A DNA stretch of 63,344 nt, the filler included. It is 14 parts of 14 records of this genome, joined end to end, with 100 filler letters (N's around TTAATTAATTAA, not from the genome) between each part and the next. Parts side by side here need not be neighbours in the genome. Positions count along the whole stretch, not along the records: positions 33,478 to 55,087 come from SRR9188676_2991; positions 55,188 to 57,234 come from SRR9188676_2994; positions 57,335 to 60,998 come from SRR9188676_3012; positions 61,099 to 63,344 come from SRR9188676_3019; 10 more parts are not named here. One strand, 5' to 3'. Below the pieces are notes generated by a model. That model did not search any database. It saw nothing but the letters and a program-made list of their open reading frames with translations, and was not told the DNA's origin. The translations under genes and the position numbers were made by a program. Below, in pieces: positions 54,982 through 63,344 of the stretch; within the stretch, counting starts at the first letter, position 1, and the number at the start of each line of letters is the position of its first letter.

Positions 54982-55055
54982 GGGGGCTTAGCTCAGTTGG
55001 CTAGAGCGCTACGCTGGCAGCGTAGAGGTCATGGGTTCGAATCCCATAGTCTCCA
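54982..55055 (+). tRNA. tRNA-Ala (GGC)
   Basis: Cloverleaf with G3-U70, anticodon arm CTACG-CTGGCAG-CGTAG, TTCGAAT loop, A73; CCA not encoded; TACTTTTG -7 box at 54963-70. Confidence 0.95.
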
Positions 55056-55061
55056 CTAAAA

Positions 55062-55087
55062 ACCTTTGTACAAGCTTGTACAAAGGT
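55062..55087. terminator. Perfect palindrome / probable terminator at the contig end
   Basis: ACCTTTGTACAAGCTTGTACAAAGGT. Confidence 0.65.
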
Positions 55088-56385
55088 NNNNNNNNNNNNN
55101 NNNNNNNNNNNNNNNNNNNNNNNNNNNNNNNTTAATTAATTAANNNNNNNNNNNNNNNNNNNNNNNNNNNNNNNNNNNNNNNNNNNNCTCGTGTACGCTC
55201 GGTCAGCTACTAGCCTAATCATCCCCGCCAAAAAAAAAATGTACATTTATTTGCGCCTTTTCATCTGGCATTCACATACAACTACCTTCACGCACATCCA
55301 CACACTCGAGCAGCAGCTCTAATGTCCATAAACATAGCAGAGGATATTTATCCTCCTCGCTCACACCCTCCACAGCTCACGACGAAACTCATAGTTCATA
55401 CACACCATCCTACCCAAACACATCACCCCCCACACACCCAGAAAAAAAAAAACAAGTTCCTTCTTTCCACACCCCTTGTGGGATTCGAGATCGAGGGCAA
55501 GGTCGAGAAGAGTGCGGAGATAGGTTGAGAGTGGCTGAAAAATGAAGAGATTGCCTGGAAAGTGGTGGCGCAGGAAAATGACATTCCGAGCTATCTGTGT
55601 GGAAACGAAGATACACACGCACCCACCCACCAAAGTTGCTTGTCTGGTGTGCTTTGAATTTATTGCGAATCAAATAATCCTAGTCTTTTCATTGTACCCA
55701 ACAGAGCTGGGAAATGCCAAATTGGTTCTAATTTTCCATTTCATGATCAGGAGGAAGTTAAACACGCTGTCCGATGTGTAGAGAGTCCTGGGGGAAAAGC
55801 GAAGAATCCAACTGAATCAACCGTTACCGGCAGTAGATGTTAGTACTCAGACATTGAGCAGCCGAGAGTCCTAGGGCGGCCACCCTTCCTGACCTTGGAC
55901 GGCTCTTGAAGGGCACGAGGGCGGCACGGCCGACCCCCTTGACTGTCGAAGCGTCAATATAAAAGGTGTGTTATTTGAGGATTTGTACAATATATCTTCT
56001 GATGTGTAAGAAAAAAAAAAGCGCGTTAACCGCTTGAACATTGCAATCCTTGAATGTTGTCGAGTCTCTGATTTTGGTATTGTGGTCGAGATTGATATTC
56101 AATGTGGTATGGTCAGGCTATGATGTGCTGTATGTGGACCGGCTTCAGAAGTCAGCTACCAATCTCATCATCTTCCCATGTTACCGTCACATCCTCTTCA
56201 CATTGAATTGAAAAGAATGGCAGCATTACATAGATATGCATGATGTGTGAGGATAAGCTACCGCTGCCGGTATCTTGTCAGATCTTACTCCATTTTCTCC
56301 CCGTCGCCATTGTCAGAATCCCCGCTCGGGTTCAGAAACATGGCGGCGTCAAATGGGCATGAGGGGCTCTCAGGCGGAACCCCCA

Positions 56386-57234
56386 TCATAGCCATAGCCA
56401 CGGCGTTCGCGGGATCAGCATTAAGACTATCAGCCCCAACTTCGAGAATTTCCTCGCCCTCCACCTGACAGAGATTAGGAGCATTTTGAACAGTATCATC
56501 ATTCTGAATGCACCCATTTTCGCTTGAATTTGGAGAAGGTGAAAAGGAGAGTGAGCCCGAACTATAGCCGCAATGCTCACTGCTGATGAGAATGATGAGA
56601 ATGATGCACTTCTGTTGCATGGGGCGCTGGGTGTGAATTGGACATGAGTAGGGCGGGAAGGGTGCGAATCAGCCTTCTTGGCAGTGTAGATGGGGCTGTG
56701 ATAGCTGTTGGTAGGAGCAGCATCGGCATGCGGAGGCAGAGAACGATATGAAAAATGATGAGAATGGGTAGGAGAGTGAGGATGGTGATGAGGAGCGTAT
56801 GTGGCCAAAAATGCCGGGAGTGAGCGGGGGGTGGGGGACTGTCTGATACTCGTATTGGACTGTGTAAATTGGGCGATTTGGGTATTCACATTTACTTGGG
56901 CCCCTCCAAGAGGAAGAGGTGCAGCAGAATGGGGTGCACTCGAAGGGGAGGGAAAGATCTTAGAGTGTTGATTTATGCTAGCTGCATTCGAAGATGTGGT
57001 GTGGGTATGCAGGGAGGTGTGGGAGTGTGTAGGATTGCGGGTTGTGGAAGATAGGTTCACGGGTTGCTTCGTGAAGGGGTCTATGATTCTGATTCTAGGA
57101 GGAGGGTGGGGGGGTTGTTGCTCTGGAGGTAGAAGCAAAGGATTCGGTGGAAATGGAGATGGTGGTGTTGGTGTTTGATGCGAGTGGGTAGGTTGACTTG
57201 CTTTCGTCTGTGCCTTTCTGGGTGATTGCGCCTG
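56386..57234 (-). CDS. Pro/His/Ser-rich low-complexity protein exon(s), partial
   Basis: Long ORF from the contig edge; no recognisable domain; splice structure unresolved. Confidence 0.4.
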   Translation of the reverse strand, partial: QAQSPRKAQTKASQPTHSHQTPTPPSPFPPNPLLLPPEQQPPHPPPRIRIIDPFTKQPVNLSSTTRNPTHSHTSLHTHTTSSNAASINQHSKIFPSPSSAPHSAAPLPLGGAQVNVNTQIAQFTQSNTSIRQSPTPRSLPAFLATYAPHHHPHSPTHSHHFSYRSLPPHADAAPTNSYHSPIYTAKKADSHPSRPTHVQFTPSAPCNRSASFSSFSSAVSIAAIVRAHSPFHLLQIQAKMGAFRMMILFKMLLISVRWRARKFSKLGLIVLMLIPRTPWLWL

Positions 57235-57334
57235 NNNNNNNNNNNNNNNNNNNNNNNNNNNNNNNNNNNNNNNNNNNNTTAATTAATTAANNNNNNNNNN
57301 NNNNNNNNNNNNNNNNNNNNNNNNNNNNNNNNNN

Positions 57335-58796
57335 GGGGTGTGGGGAGGTCCGGGACGGCCGGGGGGGGACGGTGGAGAACGGGCTGCTGGGATGCGAATC
57401 TGCATGCGATTGTGAGTGGGAATGTGGAGGGGGGTGAGGGTGGGCATGGGGTTGGGATTGCGGGTGTGTGTGGAATCTGAAAGTGCGAGGCGGAGTGACA
57501 GAGTCATCCCAGGTGAATGGTACTCCCCTCGAGGGACCGATAGGAGACACGCATTCGGTGTCACACATTGCTGGCTGATGTGCACCTGCCGCTGGTACTC
57601 GTGTTGGTGAGGGAGTCGGTGTTGGTGGTGATGTTGATGCTGGGGCTTGGCCAGGTGGAGATGGTCCGCGAATAGATGAAGGATCATTCTTATTCATAGG
57701 CGGAGACACGGGCAGAGGCACCAGCGCTGATACAGGGTCAGGGATAGGGGCGAGTGCATGTACATGGCTTGTAGAAGAAGGTTTATCGGGTAAGGTAGGT
57801 GTCTGATTTGCGTTTTGGCCTTCCACACTTTTTGTGGTGTCGGAAGGTTGTGAGTGTTTGAGAGGAGGATTGGTCTGTGAGAGTTGAGTTTTATCGTGAG
57901 TTCGAGAATGACTGTGTGTACGAGAGGGGATCCTTGTGAGTGAGGCTTTGGCCGCCTGAGTAGCTGGATGTGGATGGGTGTTACTCTCGGGCTCTGACTG
58001 GGATTGAGAGGAATGAGTATGGGTGTGTGTCTGTGAATGTGTGGGGCGCAGAGAGGCGGACACTGATGAGGGGGGAGGCTGCGCAGTGAGAAGTGAGGGC
58101 AGGCATGTCATGGGCAAGAAATCATCAGGCTGATGGCGATGATGATGATTTTGCTGTTGCTGTAGTGCCTGCGCCTGGAAGAAGTTTTCCCATCTTTTAG
58201 CATCGCTGTCCTCCAAAGGTATGTTACTCTGAATTATCCCCTATATAATCGCATGAGATAAAAGATCAGGAAAAAGAGGAATATTGGCAGAGCGACAGCT
58301 GAGAATGTAGTGTTGCAATTTCAGCGTACGTTGAGATGCATCCATAATCGTTCAAACAGTAAAATAACTTATTCAAACAAAGCATAAAAGAAAATATTCA
58401 AAATAGCAAGTCTATAGATGGGTAACGTACCGGTTCATCAATCGCAACGACAGCATCTTGTGCACTTTCAGCAGGATTTCGACTTAAGTTCGGCTCAGCC
58501 ACCGGACTCGTAGAACTTGATAATAACTGGGCAGGCTGTGGTTGAGGGGTCAAAACAGAACAGGAACGGGTGCGTGATGTCTCACGTGGGGTTAGAAAAC
58601 CATGCCGAATACAGTGTTGTTCGAGAATCTCGAGCCTATCAAAAAAGATACGTGTTTGTAAGGGAGTCATGAGGATCGATTGTAATAAATTAAGAAAATA
58701 TCCATGACTTTTCCCTCTCAAAGTGAGAGAAAATGTGCATGGTTCTAGTTCGCCCCCGTTAGTAAACGTCTGTGGCAATGACTTTCCTTCACTCAC
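57335..58796 (-). CDS. Pro/Ser/His-rich low-complexity protein, multi-exon, partial
   Basis: ORFs 58398-58796 and 57335-58216 with a plausible intervening GT-AG intron; start uncertain. Confidence 0.45.
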
Positions 58797-58894
58797 GCCG
58801 CGATGGTAAACAGAAGCTGGAAAATCTAGAATTTCGCGAGCGTTTTTTGTGAACGGAATACCTTCTCGACGTTTCTTCCTCCAGATATTCCAGC

Positions 58895-60167
58895 ATGGTT
58901 CATATCAATCACGCTCACAAGAAGGCTCTACTCATCGGCTGGTTTGGCTGCCAAGAAAAGTATTTGACGCGCTATGTCGAATTGTACAAGCGTCTCGGAT
59001 ACGATGCGAAGACACATATCTTTTCCATTCCTGATGGTATTCCATTTTCCACCCCTATTCATTGATTTAGTCAGTATGACTCATATACCTTCTATCTTGT
59101 AGCGATCACTTTCACTGGCTGGCTGAAGACCCGCGAGAAGGCCCCCTTCAAGGGACAAAAGTTCGATGTTGTTCAGACCTTCAGTGGAGGTGTGTTCCCG
59201 TTTTTCAATGGCACACACTCGCACAACTTTGACTTGGGTCAGAAGGTCCATGTGTTTGATTCCGGCCCGTACTTCCCGACCCCAACGCAGGTATGTATCA
59301 TCGATGTTCGCATTTTTTTTCCGTGCTCAATTCCTGTTGTGATGTTCTGTCATTTTTCTCTCTATAGCTTACAAACTACATGTCTGCGCTAATGCCTCCT
59401 CATGGAAGGACATTCTTCAAGAGAACCGGCGCACAGGCTATGTTGAACGCCATGATCAGTAACTACTGGGCAGTTGAAATCAAGAAATGCAAGATGGGTA
59501 AGTATGATTATCAGGTCTCCAAGATCAACATCTCAATCCTTCCATTTCCCCTTCATCGTACACACTACAATCTGGATTTCATTTTACAAACCTTCGACTT
59601 GAGCGCTCATACCATTCCTAGATAGATATTCCCTCTTTTTGACTTGATTCGACCCTCCTTGTACAATCTTTTTATCCATGCGTTCTCATGGCCTTCCTGA
59701 CTGATCTCTTTCCACGAGGATGGGATCAACTCTGATTCTTTCTTGTTTGCTTGTTTGCGTGCTTTCCCTCCTCCCACATCCCATCCCCTCCCCTCACCTT
59801 CTATTGCATCGCATCATCTTATATCCACCTCATTCACTCGCATCCCATCCTCATCCCATCACTTTTTATTTTCTTTCTTCTTTTATCACACCCCTTCATT
59901 TCCACACCTGTAGACTATTCATGGAAGCAAGCGCACAACGAGTACATCGAGGCATTCTCATGCGAGAGGCCCAAGCTGCTCATCAACGACCCGCGCGACA
60001 ACTTCATCGTGCAGGAGGACCTGAAGCACTTCGTGTCCGTGCTCAAGCACAAGGGTCGCAAGTACCACGAGCACCACTTCCACTCCCCGCACGTGCAGCA
60101 CTTCCGCTTCCACCCCAAGGAGTATGAGGACGTCCTGGCTGACTTCTTGAAGAAGAACATGCACTAG
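58895..60167 (+). CDS. TMEM53/DUF829-family alpha/beta-hydrolase-like protein, complete 4-exon gene
   Basis: Phase-consistent exons 58895-59036, 59103-59290, 59368-59497 and 59914-60167. Motifs LLIGWFGCQEKYLTRYVELY, TFSGG, VFDSGP and SPHVQHFRFHPKEY. Confidence 0.82.
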
Positions 60168-61486
60168 AATGGACAGAAAAAGAACCGACTAAATTGACGA
60201 CTAAACCAAGAACGAAAAGATGAACGGGACGAAGCAGCTTGGAGATAGGTAGCATAAATGTGCGTCTGTGTGTGTTATCTCTGTGTTTTTTGTATATATC
60301 TTTAGTATTTTATTATTAAGTGCGCGAATGTCACCGCGCCTTTCACCTTTGACACTAACCATTTTGTACTTCATTGTTCCCTGCTTCCTCATTTTTGTTG
60401 GGAGTTTGTGCTTGACCGCTATTCTTTCAACTCCTTGCACCATTCGCATCATACGAGTTGCCATCCAGCATGTAGCTATGACTCTCATGTTTCTCCTTTC
60501 CATCTTTGGCTGGGAGTCATCTGCGCCGATAGGATGTTCCACTCTTTTTGATATTTGATGGATTATCATCCGTCTCTTTTTTTTTATTACTTAACTGCGT
60601 CAACTGCGAGTGTTGCCACATGTCATATATCACATCACTGCGAGTGTATATCTCAAATCTCAAGCTATCCCAGCTCGAGCACTGTGAGCACTGTGAGCAC
60701 TGTGAGCAGTGTCATCGCTGACAGTCATCGCCGATACCGACGTCATCACGTCATTATCCATTCATTCAGGTCACTCTTTCGAACTTTCGGATTGCTTGTT
60801 TCTTAAAATATTAAATCATTCCATTATTCTAAACTTCTAAAGTACTCTGGCTGCCTGAGGTTCGTGACATGTGACCACTGCATTCGTTACTCGTGGGAAT
60901 AGTAGCGCTGCTCTTCGACGACCCAGCAACCTAGCTATAGTCCACAACAATACATCAATAGTCTTGAGAAGAACACCATTTATTAAACAATAAAGTGGNN
61001 NNNNNNNNNNNNNNNNNNNNNNNNNNNNNNNNNNNNNNNNNNTTAATTAATTAANNNNNNNNNNNNNNNNNNNNNNNNNNNNNNNNNNNNNNNNNNNNTT
61101 CCAGGATCAGACCCCCTTTCCCCTGTGAATCTGAACAATCTGAGCACGTATTCGAGAAGGTACCATATAGATATAGACGTTTTACTTGTATACAGAAAAA
61201 AAGAAGCCCATAATGGATAGTATTGTGACTATATTCTAGGCAAAGTGTGATAATGTTACCAATGAGTGTAGTTTCGGTTGGAGTTGTGAGAGTCCGGATT
61301 CACTGAAATAAATAATGGTCCAGCAATAAGACAGGAACAGTTGTTCGCCCTGTAGACCAGGTACAGGCATTAGCGTCGGAGGAAGATGGATATATTCTGT
61401 GTGTGGTGGCATTGTGAACAAACCCTATTTACCCTAATTTTGAAAACAACGAAGCACGTAAAAAAAATCTGCTGATATCGATGACA

Positions 61487-63344
61487 CTATGGTCTCTGAT
61501 GCTGATGTTGCTGTTTTTTCGGTGTGATTGGGGGATGGGATTGCTGTGCGCCAGGTCCTGTGCCATGCTTGTTAGGGGATGGCAGCATACCGGAGGAAGA
61601 CGGGGAGGGGGAGGGTGATAAAGACGGGAATAGACCCGACCGATCCCCGCCACCTCCATTGCCCTGGCCGATCCAGGTTTCCGATGTGCCCATGCGACCT
61701 GAGGTCCGTTTCATGCTATCAAACTGTTGGTTTGAATTGTGGGAATGATGTGGGGATTGGGGCGCATATGATGCATGCGGGGAGGGACTATGGGGTGATC
61801 TGGATTTGATGCTAGTGTAGTGAGAGTGTGTGGAGGAGGGTATGGCATGAGGACTACCGCCGTTCGCATAGGCATGTACATGGTGATGTGTCTGGTACGT
61901 GAGATCACCAGGATAATGAATGTTCGACTCGAAATTTCCGTTTGCACTGGCATTTGGATTTCCATTTCCGTTTCCAGTTGCGTTTCCGTTTCGTGATGGA
62001 GGCTGGGAGAGGGAGGGGAGGGTGGCCGAGGAATGGAGTGCGGGTGGTAGGGTGTGTGTAAGGGATGCAGGGGTCGGGGACAGCGCGCCTGCAAGAGGGT
62101 GGTGTCGTGTAGGGGAGGGCATGGCAACGGACCTGTCGGGGATGCTGTCTGCGGTTAGAGACCGCTGTAAGACAGGTTCAGTGCTATGGGATCGTATGCC
62201 CGCCATCATGCGTGTCTGTGACTGTGATTGTGTGCTATTGGGGTTATGCACGATGCTGTGGGTGTGGGGATATGTATGTGTGTTGCCATTGGTGTGGTCC
62301 ATGAGCACGACGCGTTTGTGCCCAGGTGAGGCTGGCGTCACTGTGCTTTGCTCACTGCTCGATCCATATCCAGAACCATACACATATGCATACCCCTGTT
62401 GTGTGGACTGTGAATGTGGGTGTGATGAAGAAACGGTGTAGTATACGGGATGGTTAGGTAGGGCAGAGGGTGGCGCTGTTTTCGGGGGATGGGCCAGGTG
62501 ATGACTCGGGTTAGTGCTGTGGTGATGAGGGTTGTGTGTATGCGTGCTGTGCGGAGTATGAATACTGTGTGTAGTGCTGGCAGATGTCTCGGCCACTGTC
62601 GGCAGAGGGTCAAAATCTCTCTGAGGAAGCAATGGTGGGAATTGGGGCGTGGATGACTGTGAGAGGGAGTATGGATCAAGATTCGCATTTGGGCCGTCCT
62701 CATTCTTCACATCGACATAGCGAATGTGGTGAGGTTGGGGCGGAGGGGGGGATGACGCGCCATTGTGATCTGCATGGGGATCACGTGCTGGGTCCCAAGA
62801 GGGCGAGGAAGGACTGTGACCATCATTCGAAAATTTCGGGGAGGGAGACATGGCTGACTGGGGTATTGGCATATGAATACCATCTGTTTCTGCATTATTG
62901 GGATAGGAATCGTAGCCAGAAAGCGAATCAAAATTGGTGTTGCTTTGATTTGGTATTCCGTGCAAGTTCATGCCCAAGGCCGCAAGTGTGTTGGTATTCG
63001 TGCCAATGAAAATTGCACCAGTGCTAGACCCTCCACGCATACTCCGCTGACCAGAGTCTCTAGAGTCTCTGTTATCCAGTGCCTGTGCCATGGTGTCAAC
63101 CATCTTCTGGAGATACTGTACCTCATCCATCAGCCTGTGGTTCTCTCGTTTCGACACGTGCAGCGCCTTCATGTGGTCCAGTTTCGCCTGCAGCAGCTCC
63201 TTCTCTGTGGCCCATAGCTGCTGCTGCACCTTGCTGCCACTGTCCTTACCGCGTAAGTTCTTGCTACTACCATTCGCACCCTTTCCTGGTGTGATGTGCT
63301 GATGCGGGCTATGTCCCTGTGCCTGTGCCTGTGCCTGTACCTGT
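61487..63344 (-). CDS. Coiled-coil + His/Pro/Ser-rich disordered protein, 5'-truncated
   Basis: >580-aa ORF open to the window edge; short coiled coil followed by low-complexity sequence. Confidence 0.6.
   Translation of the reverse strand, partial: QVQAQAQAQGHSPHQHITPGKGANGSSKNLRGKDSGSKVQQQLWATEKELLQAKLDHMKALHVSKRENHRLMDEVQYLQKMVDTMAQALDNRDSRDSGQRSMRGGSSTGAIFIGTNTNTLAALGMNLHGIPNQSNTNFDSLSGYDSYPNNAETDGIHMPIPQSAMSPSPKFSNDGHSPSSPSWDPARDPHADHNGASSPPPPQPHHIRYVDVKNEDGPNANLDPYSLSQSSTPQFPPLLPQRDFDPLPTVAETSASTTHSIHTPHSTHTHNPHHHSTNPSHHLAHPPKTAPPSALPNHPVYYTVSSSHPHSQSTQQGYAYVYGSGYGSSSEQSTVTPASPGHKRVVLMDHTNGNTHTYPHTHSIVHNPNSTQSQSQTRMMAGIRSHSTEPVLQRSLTADSIPDRSVAMPSPTRHHPLAGALSPTPASLTHTLPPALHSSATLPSLSQPPSRNGNATGNGNGNPNASANGNFESNIHYPGDLTYQTHHHVHAYANGGSPHAIPSSTHSHYTSIKSRSPHSPSPHASYAPQSPHHSHNSNQQFDSMKRTSGRMGTSETWIGQGNGGGGDRSGLFPSLSPSPSPSSSGMLPSPNKHGTGPGAQQSHPPITPKKQQHQHQRP

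Larger units (their letters stand above)
33478..55087. other. Bacterial contig (Bacteroidota, Cytophagales-like)
   Basis: AT-rich, gene-dense and intronless; susC/susD pair, TAnnTTTG promoters, intrinsic terminators; bounded by linkers. Confidence 0.95.

Noticed and set aside
60677-60710. (GAGCACTGT)x3 and similar short tandem or hexamer repeats
   Set aside because: Ordinary slippage repeats with no spacers or associated genes.

Overview
This window is an artificial concatenation of 14 unrelated contigs joined by 13 identical 100-bp linkers (N44-TTAATTAATTAA-N44), so there is no synteny across linkers. Thirteen segments are eukaryotic, most carrying GT-AG introns, and appear to come from a flagellated, probably plastid-bearing protist. 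They encode an outer-arm dynein heavy chain, kinesin-2, Prp18, MRPL22, PDE12, a TMEM53-like protein, a FYVE protein, a spliced Vipp1/PspA with an F-motif presequence, an ankyrin + NRPS adenylation-domain fusion, a giant LCCL/cadherin-like protein, and a 39-aa ankyrin-repeat family that includes one pseudogene. One segment (33478-55087) is an AT-rich Bacteroidota (Cytophagales-like) contig with HNH nuclease, nucleoside hydrolase, susC/susD, deaD, class II cAMP phosphodiesterase, sufB, asnC, CocE/NonD hydrolase, hisGDC and tRNA-Ala. The most striking object is a 163-nt tRNA-like RNA at 48725-48887. It has an Asp anticodon, AspRS identity elements, a U1-A72 pair, an encoded CCA and a 90-nt branched variable arm. 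It has its own consensus promoter and is transcribed divergently from AsnC, in the position asnA occupies in E. coli. It is a candidate non-ribosomal tRNA for Asp/Asn metabolism. All family assignments come from motif recognition by eye; no searches were run.
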